The notes beneath the pieces are model-generated. The model made no database searches. It saw only the letters and a program-made list of their open reading frames with translations, and was not told where the DNA came from. A stretch of 29,617 nucleotides of DNA. It comes from an uncultured Acetobacteraceae bacterium (GTDB taxonomy: Bacteria; Pseudomonadota; Alphaproteobacteria; Acetobacterales; Acetobacteraceae). The stretch lies in NCBI GenBank assembly GCA_964236035.1, contig CAXSFF010000001.1, forward strand, positions 1-29,617, given 5' to 3'. This document shows, in pieces, positions 1-7,618 of this stretch. Within the stretch, counting starts at the first letter, position 1, and every line of letters begins with the position of its first letter. The position numbers and the translations under genes were made by a program.

Positions 1-393
1 ACCAGCGTCCGCTCAGAAGCCGGCGTGCCGATGACGATCCTGCACCCGCGCTCCGGCGTGCCGATGCTGCGCGACGACGGCACTCCGGTCACCATCACCC
101 TGCTCGGCCCCAACTGCGCGACATCCAAGGCGGTCAGCCGCCAGCTGCAGCAGCGCCGGACCGACATCGCCGCCCGCGGCATCAAGATGTCGGACGACGA
201 CTTTGCCCGCGAGCGCTTCGACCTGCTGGTCGCCGTCACCCGCGGCTGGACCTTCGACCTGATCGACGCCAAGCCGTTCCCGTTCTCCGACGCCAACGCG
301 CGGCTATTCTGGGCGGACAAGCGGTGGGACTGGCTGCAAACCCAGGCGTGGGGCTTCTGCCAGGGCGACGGCAACTTCCTCCCAAACTCATAA
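1..393 (+). CDS. Tail assembly chaperone (lambda gpG-like), probably 5'-truncated by the window edge
   Basis: The frame is open from base 1. The sequence (PVTITLLGPN...LLVAVTRGWTF...PFPFSDANARLF...WLQTQAWGF..DGNFLPNS) and its position two ORFs before the tape measure gene are typical of siphophage tail chaperones. It ends at a slippery heptamer. Confidence 0.85.
   Translation, partial: TSVRSEAGVPMTILHPRSGVPMLRDDGTPVTITLLGPNCATSKAVSRQLQQRRTDIAARGIKMSDDDFARERFDLLVAVTRGWTFDLIDAKPFPFSDANARLFWADKRWDWLQTQAWGFCQGDGNFLPNS
381..387 (+). other. Programmed -1 ribosomal frameshift site C CCA AAC
   Basis: An X XXY YYZ heptamer lies in the chaperone's frame (CTC CCA AAC TCA TAA), one codon before the stop. 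The -1 frame (CCC AAA CTC ATA AAG...) is the open 324..743 frame. Confidence 0.85.
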
Positions 394-743
394 AGCGGCT
401 GGTGTGGTGGGCCGAGGGGGACTTCCGTCGCATGAAGCCCCTCCCGGAAGGGGGGACGCTCGCCGACGCCTTCGTGTCCTACCGCCGGCAAACGGGCAAG
501 CCGCACCCCGAGGACCGCGACTACGTCACGCCGCCGCAGGAGCTTGGCTACTTGTACGCCTGGTTCTGGGAAGCTGCCCAGGGCCGTCCGTTCGGACCGG
601 AGGGCATGATGCTGCCCATCCCGTCCGTTGAGTGGCGCGCCTGGGCCGATCTAGCCGACGTGCGGCTGGCGGACTGGGAGCTGACCACGCTGCGCGCGCT
701 TGACGCGACCTTCCTGCGTGTTTCGTCTGACAAAGGGATTTAG
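381..743 (+). CDS. Frameshift extension of the tail chaperone (gpT-like part of a G-T fusion)
   Basis: The -1 frame reads PKLIKRLVWWAEGDF...PPQELGYLYAWFWEAAQGRPFG...IPSVEWRAWADLADVRLADWELTTLRALDATFL, a typical pre-tape-measure gpT-like sequence. It has no convincing independent start or SD. Confidence 0.8.
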   Translation, partial: PKLIKRLVWWAEGDFRRMKPLPEGGTLADAFVSYRRQTGKPHPEDRDYVTPPQELGYLYAWFWEAAQGRPFGPEGMMLPIPSVEWRAWADLADVRLADWELTTLRALDATFLRVSSDKGI

Positions 744-746
744 GCC

Positions 747-3700
747 GTGGCGCAGGACATCGCCTCCCTTGGGCTGACGATCGACAGCACGCAGGCGCAG
801 ACTGCGTCGTCGAACCTCGACAAGTTCCGCGGCAGCGCCGACAGCGCGGCCACGGCGACGCGCGGGCTGGAGCGGCAGGCGCTCGACACCCAGCACGGGC
901 TGGGCGGCCTGTCCGACCAAACCCAGCAGCTCACCAAGACGCTCGATCAAACGGTCGCGTCGTTCGCGACGCTGATGGCCCAGATGCAGGCGGCCAAGGG
1001 CGCCTTCGACGGCAGCACGCAGAGCCTGAAGAGCTGGGACGCCGCCGCCCAGAAGGTGGACGCGCTCGGGCGCGCCTTCGGAACCACGGCGCGCGGCCTC
1101 GATGCCTATAACCAGGCGGCCGGACAGCTCGGCTTCACCACCGAGCAGCAGGCGCAGAGCCTGCAGCGGATGACGCTGGCGATCGAAAACCAAACCTCTG
1201 CCGGCGCCCAGCTCCGCCGCGTCATGAGCGAATACGGCATCAGCGTGCGCGACCTCGGCCTTGACCAAGCCGACGTGCTGCTGCGCCGGGTCGCCGACGG
1301 CTTCAGCAAGGTGGCGGACAACGCCAAGCGGACCCGCGACGCCCAGGCCCTGCTTGGCACCCTGGATCCCGACTCACTGGGCAAGGTGCTCAGCCCCAAC
1401 TACGTGCCGATCCAGCAGCGGCACGAGGACCAGCGCGCTTCGGCCAGCAACGCCGAGAACGACCGGGTTGACACCAACATCCGCCAGCGCGCGCGGACGG
1501 AAGACCTGACGCAGCAGCACTACCAGGACCTGCAAACCCGCTACCGCGGCCTCGATACCGCGTCCAACAGCCGGTTGAAGGGCGGCATCAGCGAGGAAGA
1601 CGAGAAGTCCTTGCGCCACCTGGCTCCAGAGGGCAGTGCCTTCTTGCGCGACGGCCGCAGCACCCGCGAGGGCCGCATCGCCCTCGGTGACCAGCTCGCC
1701 GCCACGGACATGACGCCCGACCCCAACTTCGAGAAGCCGCCGGAGTACCATCAGGCGCAGGACCTGGCGAAGCGGAACGCCCGCAGGCCCGACCTCACCG
1801 CCCGGAACGGCATGCTCGGCGACACGCTGCTGGGACGGCTCTACTACAACACCGAAGACGGCAACCTCGCGCGCAACAACCGCCAAATCGCCGAGGACAC
1901 CATTGAGGAGAGCAACAACGCGACCGGCATCGGTGGCCGCGCGCTGGCGATGATCCGCGGCCAGGGCAAGGAGGTCGCTGGCCTGTTCGGCGCGATGCAG
2001 AAGCCGCCGCCGGTCGTCAGGCCGAACGCGCTGAACAGCGTCGGCGATGCCGCCACGCTCGCGGGTTTCGGCGACACCTCGCTGCAGCGGTTCCAGCAGT
2101 CGCGCGACACCCTGAAGCTGTTCGGGAGGCAGGCGAGCGACGGCGGACCCGTCACCGATAACACAGGCGACCGAGCCCCGGCGCCCGGCACGGGCACTGC
2201 CGATGCGGCCGGCGCCGAAGCGCTCGGGGCCTTCGCATCATACGGCAATGACGCAGCCCAGGAGCTGCGCTTCCGGCGCTCCCAGGTGCAGGCGCAGCAG
2301 CGCAACGCCTTCCGGCCCGGTGGCGCTGCGGTGGACCAGGCGGATCTGGAAGCATCCCTCGCGTCGATGAGCCTGGGAGACCAGGGCAAGGCGCGAGCCT
2401 TCGCAGCCTTCGCCGGGCAGCGCGGCGGCGACACTCGCCTGCTGGAGGGCCAGAGCCTGTCCGACATGCTCGATCCCGCGAAGAGCGGCGGCGGCAACAT
2501 GTCGCCGCAGCTCGTGCGGGACTTCAACGAGAGCGACGCGGCGAACAGCAAGGCGTCGGACCGGCAGTTCAATCAGCAGTCCAGCTTGCGCCAGCTGAAT
2601 ACCTACCAGCAAGCTGGCAGCGCCAGCGTTGGTCCGACCGGGGCCGAGGACCTCGCGACCTATCAGCAGGCCTACAACAAGGCCCTCCAAGAGACCAGCC
2701 GCGAGGCCGAGGCGGTGCGCCGGGCCGAGGAGGCGCTGAAACAGGTCCAGGCCGATCGCTTCCTGCAAGCGTCGAAGGCGATCGCCGAGCAGGACCGCCA
2801 GAACACCCTCGATCAGCAGCGCATCGGCTCCAGTGGCGGCAGCGCGAGCAGCAGCCTGAGCGACATCGCCAGTTCGCGCTACCAGGCGACCATTGATATG
2901 CAGGTCAAGGACGAGACCGCGCGCCTCAAGCTGACGCCCGACCAACAGAGTGCCCGCAGCGCTGGCCTCGCCGGCAAGCTCGGTAACCAGGCCATCGAAG
3001 GCGCGCAGAACACCTCCCTGGCAGCCAAGCAGGAGCTGCAGGACGCCCAGGCCGCATCGAGCTTCCAAACCCAGAGCGTGGCCACCCAGGCGCAGATGAA
3101 CCGCGAGCTGGAGGTCGAGAAGTCCTACCGGGAGGCCATCGCCCAAGCTCGCGTCGCCGATGCGAAGGACAACGGCGGCCGGCTGGAGACCATCCAGGCG
3201 GAGATCGAGCGCACCAAGGCCCTGAAGAACGCCATCGCCGAGCTGAATGCGGAGGCGAAGGCGTTCAGCCTGGGCCGCGACGCCTCGCAGGGCGCGATGG
3301 ATGAGCGGTCGATCCGCGCCCTGCCGCGCGACCAGCAGGCACGGGCGCGGGCGCTGCAGCCAGCGATGCGGTTTGCCAGGGACAACGGCCTGAACGGCGC
3401 GCCGGTGAACCCGGACACGTCCTTGGAAAGCGGCTTCGCACAAAGCAGCTACGGCGCCACGCCCAATGGCCCGGCGGCCCGGGCCCTGGGCGGCGCGGCT
3501 GCCGGGAGCAGCATCGACTCTTTCGCACAACGCATGGGCCTGTCCGAGAGCAGCGGCAACGCCGGCATCGTGAACAGCCGCGGTTACGCCGGGACCTACC
3601 AGTTCGGCAGCGAGCGGCTGTCGGACCCGGCGCTCGGCATGTACCACCCCGTGAGCGGCGAGAACCTGAAGGCAAACCAGTGGCGCGGCACGTTCGATGT

Positions 3701-5417
3701 CCCGGGCTTCCCCGAGGTCAAGACGCTCCCGGACTTTCTGGCGAGCCCGGGGGCGCAACACGCCGCTTTCGGGGCGCACATCGCCGACATCGACCAGCAC
3801 ATCGACCAGACCCCGGGCGCGTCCGCATACGACCGCGACGGGCTGCGCGCTGAAGCGCACCTGGGCGGCTCCGGTGGGATGGCGAAATGGGTCGCGTCAG
3901 GAGGGACTGCCAACCCCGACGACGGCCGGACCAGCCTCACGGACTACTACAATAAATTCCGCGCCGGCGGCCCGAGCGGCGCGGGCAACCTCCCTGCGGG
4001 CGCCGGGAACATGAGCCCCGGCACGAACCGCTATGCCCAGGGCCTGGGCGACCAACACGACGCAACCATCGAGGGTCAAAGGCAGGACCTGCAGGCTGGC
4101 TCGGACGTGCAGTATCAAGGTGGCCAGGCTGCCATGCGGGCCACCCGTGAGGGCCGCACCGCCGACGCGACGATCGCGCGCCAGGGCAGCTACGACACCA
4201 TCGACCCGAACGCCGCGCTCAGGTCCTCGCTTGCGATCCGCCAAACCCAGCAAGGCCTGCAGACCGAGTTCGCCGCGTCCCAGGCCTCCACGGACCAGTC
4301 CATCGAAAGCAACTCGCGCTTGTCTGCGGCTTACGCCGCCGGCGGCAAGGCGATCGGCGAGCTGACCGACAAGATGAAGGTCGAGCAGGAAGCGCGCGAG
4401 AAGAACCTGAGCTTGTCCCAGCAGGAGGAGCGCTACGCCCAGCTGCAAAAGGACCGCTCGATCCAGCAGGGGGCGGCGATCGAGCAGAACATGCGCGGCT
4501 CGCGCGACAGCAACCAGCTGCAGGAAACCGACAACTCCATGCTGTTCGCCAGCCAGGAAGCGCGCGACCGCGCCCAGGCAAAAGTGAAAACGCAGCAGGA
4601 CCTCGACAACACCTATAGCAACGCCCCGCAGTCGGAGCGTGACGCCTTCGTCAAGCAGCAGGACGTGAACCAGAACCTGAAGGAAACCACCGCCCGGGTG
4701 CAGGAGCTGCGCTCCGGCTTCTCATCGATGGGCTCGACCGGCATGGAGGGCGTCAACTCGCTGATCACCGGCACCGGCAAGCTGAAGGACGTCGCCGCCT
4801 CCGTCACCATGGCCTGGGCGCAGATGCTGCTGAAGATGGCTGAGAAGCCGCTGATGGACGCCGGCGGCGACTGGCTGTCCAGCCTGCTCCAGCTCGGCAG
4901 CAAAGCCACCGGCATGGCAAGCGGCGTCCCCGGCGCCGGCAGCGACCCCTTCTCGGGCGCGGGCGTCGGCAGCGACCCGTTCGGCGGCGCCGGCGGGTCA
5001 GGCTTCTCCAGCTTCAGCGCCGGCGCGCCGATGGTAAACGCCGCGGGGAACGCCTTCGTCGGCGGCGTCCGCATGTTCGCCAGCGGCGGGGTGCTCGACC
5101 GGCCCACCCGGTTCTTCAGCGCCGGCGGCGAGGCGAACGTCGCCGGCGAGGCCGGCAACGAGGCGCTGCTGCCGCTGCGCCGCATGCCGAACGGCGACAT
5201 GGGCGTCGCAACAGGCGGTGGCGGCGGTGGCGGCGGCGGCCACACCATCACGGTCCATGCCCCGATCACCGTCAACGGCGGCGGCGGCAGCTCCAGCAAC
5301 GGCAAGATGGACCCGGCCGCGGTGGCGTCGATGCAGAAGCAGCTGAGCGAGACCGTGCGGCAGAGCGTGGTTTCGGTGATCGCGGATGAGAAGCGGCCTG
5401 GCGGGAGCCTCTACTGA
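747..5417 (+). CDS. gpH: Tail tape measure protein (lambda gpH-like) with internal lysozyme-like domain
   Basis: 1556 aa, rich in Ala, Gln and Gly. The N-terminus is DIASLGLTIDS and the lambda-type C-terminal motif is FASGGVLDRPTRF...GEAGNEALLPLRR. GTG start; TGATG overlap with gpM. Confidence 0.95.
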   Translation: MAQDIASLGLTIDSTQAQTASSNLDKFRGSADSAATATRGLERQALDTQHGLGGLSDQTQQLTKTLDQTVASFATLMAQMQAAKGAFDGSTQSLKSWDAAAQKVDALGRAFGTTARGLDAYNQAAGQLGFTTEQQAQSLQRMTLAIENQTSAGAQLRRVMSEYGISVRDLGLDQADVLLRRVADGFSKVADNAKRTRDAQALLGTLDPDSLGKVLSPNYVPIQQRHEDQRASASNAENDRVDTNIRQRARTEDLTQQHYQDLQTRYRGLDTASNSRLKGGISEEDEKSLRHLAPEGSAFLRDGRSTREGRIALGDQLAATDMTPDPNFEKPPEYHQAQDLAKRNARRPDLTARNGMLGDTLLGRLYYNTEDGNLARNNRQIAEDTIEESNNATGIGGRALAMIRGQGKEVAGLFGAMQKPPPVVRPNALNSVGDAATLAGFGDTSLQRFQQSRDTLKLFGRQASDGGPVTDNTGDRAPAPGTGTADAAGAEALGAFASYGNDAAQELRFRRSQVQAQQRNAFRPGGAAVDQADLEASLASMSLGDQGKARAFAAFAGQRGGDTRLLEGQSLSDMLDPAKSGGGNMSPQLVRDFNESDAANSKASDRQFNQQSSLRQLNTYQQAGSASVGPTGAEDLATYQQAYNKALQETSREAEAVRRAEEALKQVQADRFLQASKAIAEQDRQNTLDQQRIGSSGGSASSSLSDIASSRYQATIDMQVKDETARLKLTPDQQSARSAGLAGKLGNQAIEGAQNTSLAAKQELQDAQAASSFQTQSVATQAQMNRELEVEKSYREAIAQARVADAKDNGGRLETIQAEIERTKALKNAIAELNAEAKAFSLGRDASQGAMDERSIRALPRDQQARARALQPAMRFARDNGLNGAPVNPDTSLESGFAQSSYGATPNGPAARALGGAAAGSSIDSFAQRMGLSESSGNAGIVNSRGYAGTYQFGSERLSDPALGMYHPVSGENLKANQWRGTFDVPGFPEVKTLPDFLASPGAQHAAFGAHIADIDQHIDQTPGASAYDRDGLRAEAHLGGSGGMAKWVASGGTANPDDGRTSLTDYYNKFRAGGPSGAGNLPAGAGNMSPGTNRYAQGLGDQHDATIEGQRQDLQAGSDVQYQGGQAAMRATREGRTADATIARQGSYDTIDPNAALRSSLAIRQTQQGLQTEFAASQASTDQSIESNSRLSAAYAAGGKAIGELTDKMKVEQEAREKNLSLSQQEERYAQLQKDRSIQQGAAIEQNMRGSRDSNQLQETDNSMLFASQEARDRAQAKVKTQQDLDNTYSNAPQSERDAFVKQQDVNQNLKETTARVQELRSGFSSMGSTGMEGVNSLITGTGKLKDVAASVTMAWAQMLLKMAEKPLMDAGGDWLSSLLQLGSKATGMASGVPGAGSDPFSGAGVGSDPFGGAGGSGFSSFSAGAPMVNAAGNAFVGGVRMFASGGVLDRPTRFFSAGGEANVAGEAGNEALLPLRRMPNGDMGVATGGGGGGGGGHTITVHAPITVNGGGGSSSNGKMDPAAVASMQKQLSETVRQSVVSVIADEKRPGGSLY
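3522..3959 (+). other. Lysozyme-like (lytic transglycosylase-type) domain inside the tape measure protein
   Basis: Motifs are LSESSG (candidate catalytic Glu at 3546-3548), VNSRGYAGTYQFG, and AEAHLGGSGG..KW...DDGRTSLTDYYNKF. Confidence 0.75.
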
Positions 5418-5761
5418 TGGAGACGTTGAACCTGAGCCAAGGGCCCTCGACCGGCTCCGACCTCGACTTCGCCGTGCGGCTGATCGAGAACCAGTTCGGG
5501 GACGGCTACCGCCAAACGGCGCCGGACGGCCTCAACGCGGTCGTGCGCACCTGGAACCTCCACTGGACCGAGCTGTCCATCGACAATGCCGGCTACCTGG
5601 AAAGCTTCCTTGTCGCCCACGTCGGCAGGGCATTCCTTTACCGACTGCCGCGCGACCAGTATCCCAGGGCTTGGGACTGCAAGGTGTTCCGCCGGGGCCA
5701 GCCGGCCGGCGGCTACGACTCATTCTCCGCCACCTTCGTCGAGCGGTTCGACCTGGGCTGA
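5417..5761 (+). CDS. gpM: Minor tail / distal tail protein (lambda gpM-like)
   Basis: 114 aa with the FGDGYRQ..PDGLN motif followed by W.L...FL..H.G.AF...SATFVERF. It directly follows the tape measure gene with a TGATG overlap. Confidence 0.92.
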   Translation: METLNLSQGPSTGSDLDFAVRLIENQFGDGYRQTAPDGLNAVVRTWNLHWTELSIDNAGYLESFLVAHVGRAFLYRLPRDQYPRAWDCKVFRRGQPAGGYDSFSATFVERFDLG

Positions 5762-5768
5762 TCCCGGC

Positions 5769-6110
5769 CTAATGCACGCTGGCGCTGCGGGGCAGCGCCA
5801 TGGCCGCCAGCTCGTGCACGGTGGGCACCGCGCAGGGCTCAAGGGCGTCCGGAGGCACGCCGCCCACGTGGACATCCTCCGGCAGCAGGTTGAGGTGGGC
5901 CAGCACGACCACGATCATCAGCACGGGCGCCGCGGGGTCATCTTCCTCGCTGTAGCCCACGACGACCACGCGCCGGCCTGTGTGCCGCATCAGGTAAAGT
6001 TGCCACGGCGGGAACTGCCCGGCCACCACCTGCACCCGTAGCGGCCGGGTCAACACCCAGGCCCAGAAGCGCTCGCGCATCCTCGTCGTCGGCTCCGGCA
6101 TGCCCTCCAT
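5769..6110 (-). CDS. Hypothetical small phage protein, antisense insertion between gpM and gpL
   Basis: The 113-aa ORF fills the 400-bp M-L gap. AGGA SD lies 8 nt before the ATG. The core FPPWQLYLMRHTGRRVVVVGYSE...GVPPDALEPC looks like a small beta-rich globular domain. The + strand frames here read as shadow ORFs. Confidence 0.65.
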   Translation of the reverse strand: MEGMPEPTTRMRERFWAWVLTRPLRVQVVAGQFPPWQLYLMRHTGRRVVVVGYSEEDDPAAPVLMIVVVLAHLNLLPEDVHVGGVPPDALEPCAVPTVHELAAMALPRSASVH

Positions 6111-6164
6111 CGGTCAATCCTAGCTGCCCTCGCCGCGGGAACCAAACCGTCGCGCGGTGCCTGC

Positions 6165-6896
6165 ATGAGCACCCAGCACATCCGCGAAGCCCAAAGCCTG
6201 ACGCCGGACGCGTTGGTCGAGCTGTATTCGCTCGACACGACGATGCTGACGAACATCTACGGCCAGCCCGGCCAAGGGGACGTGCTCAACTTCGTCGCCG
6301 GCACCCTGAATGGAGACCTCGTCCGCTTCAACGGCGTGCCGTATCAGCCGATCCCGATCGAGGCCACCGGCTTCGAGTGGAACGGGCAAGGCAAGCTGCC
6401 GCAGCCGAAGCTGCGCATCGCCGCCCTCAACGGCCTGGCGGCCGGGCTCACCTACCAGTTCGGCGACCTGCTCGGCGCGCAGGTCACGCGCCTGCGGACG
6501 TTCGCCAAGTTCCTCGACGGCCAGCCGCAGGCCGACCCGACGGCCGTTTTCGATCCGGACGTGTTCCGGATCGATCGCAAGAGCGCCCAAACGAAGGCCT
6601 TCGTCGAGTTTGAGCTGGCGGCAGCCTTCGATCAGCAAGGGGTGCGCCTGCCGCGCCGCCAGGTGCTGCGCGACGCTTGCAGCAACACCTACCGCACTTA
6701 TTCGAACGGCCAGCTCTACTACGGCACATGCCCGTATGCTGGGAACAGCACCTTCGACGCGTTCGACGCGCCCGTTTCCGGCATCCAGAACGACAGGTGC
6801 AGCCACAAGCTGTCCGGCTGCCTCGCCCGCTACGGCAAGGTGGCACCGCTGCCATTCGCAGGCTTCCCGGGCGTCGCCCAGGCGCAGGGCATCTGA
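6165..6896 (+). CDS. gpL: Minor tail protein L (lambda gpL-like, Fe-S cluster-binding C-terminus)
   Basis: Motifs are LVELYSLD, YQPIPIEATGFE..G.GKLPQPKL, GAQVTRLRTFAKFLD and VEFELAAAFD. Four C-terminal Cys (CSNTYR, TCPY, DRCSHKLSGC) are followed by LPFAGFPG. Confidence 0.95.
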   Translation: MSTQHIREAQSLTPDALVELYSLDTTMLTNIYGQPGQGDVLNFVAGTLNGDLVRFNGVPYQPIPIEATGFEWNGQGKLPQPKLRIAALNGLAAGLTYQFGDLLGAQVTRLRTFAKFLDGQPQADPTAVFDPDVFRIDRKSAQTKAFVEFELAAAFDQQGVRLPRRQVLRDACSNTYRTYSNGQLYYGTCPYAGNSTFDAFDAPVSGIQNDRCSHKLSGCLARYGKVAPLPFAGFPGVAQAQGI

Positions 6897-7618
6897 TGTT
6901 CGCCCCCGCCGTCCTCGACGCGATCCAGCAGGATGCGATCCGGCGCTACCCGGAGGAAAGCTGCGGCGCGGTGACGCCGCACGGCTACCTGCCGCTCGAC
7001 AACTTCGCCGAAGACAAGCGGCGGCAGTTCGACTGCTCCCGGGCCTGCGACGAGCTGCAGATAGCGGGCGAACTGCTGGCTGTCGTGCACAGCCACCCCG
7101 ACGGGCCCGCAGGACCGAGCGCGCACGACATCGCCTCCCAGCGGTCCATGGATCTGCCGTGGGGCCTGGTGATGAGCGACGGCACCGTCGCCTCCCGCCC
7201 TTTCTTCTGGGGCGACAGCCTGACGCCTCCGCCCCTGCTTGGCCGGGAGTTCCGCCACGGGCCGTCCGGAACCGACGGCCGCGGCGACTGCGGTGCCCTC
7301 ATCCGCGACTGGTTCCGGCTGGAGCGCGGGCTGCTGATCCCGGACTTCCCACGGGACGACGAGTGGTGGAAGGCAGGCAAGGACCTTTACGCCCAGCACT
7401 TCAGCGAGGCCGGCTTCGTTCTGGCCAACCGCGAGGACCCGCGCTTGGGGGACGTCGCGCTGATCCAGTTCCGCTCGAAGGATGTCGCCAACCACGGCGG
7501 GATCTATGTCGGCGGCGGCCTGCTGCTGAACAACCTGGAAGGCCGGCTGTCCCGCGAGGAGCCCATCCTCGGCTGGGCCAAGCACGTCCGGCTCTGGCTC
7601 CGGCACCAGGATGCATAA
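6896..7618 (+). CDS. gpK: Tail assembly protein K (JAB/MPN plus NlpC/P60 domains)
   Basis: The real start is the ATG at 6896 (TGATG overlap with gpL), not 6677. JAMM motif: YPEESCG...HSHPDGPAGPSAHD. NlpC/P60 motifs: DCGALIRDWF and NHGGIYVGGG. Confidence 0.93.
   Translation: MFAPAVLDAIQQDAIRRYPEESCGAVTPHGYLPLDNFAEDKRRQFDCSRACDELQIAGELLAVVHSHPDGPAGPSAHDIASQRSMDLPWGLVMSDGTVASRPFFWGDSLTPPPLLGREFRHGPSGTDGRGDCGALIRDWFRLERGLLIPDFPRDDEWWKAGKDLYAQHFSEAGFVLANREDPRLGDVALIQFRSKDVANHGGIYVGGGLLLNNLEGRLSREEPILGWAKHVRLWLRHQDA

Noticed and set aside
4938-5290. 30-bp GSDPF duplication and GGC-rich runs in the tape measure C-terminal region as a contingency locus or CRISPR-like repeat
   Set aside because: There are only two copies, and the triplet runs encode Gly linkers in frame with no spacer structure.
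6677-6895. ORF-track upstream extensions (6677, 16942, 17828, 19765, 24561, 24893, 25603, 25884, 27744, 28784)
   Set aside because: They overlap upstream genes or regulatory gaps. Downstream starts have SD sites or stop/start overlaps and coincide with where recognisable protein sequence begins.
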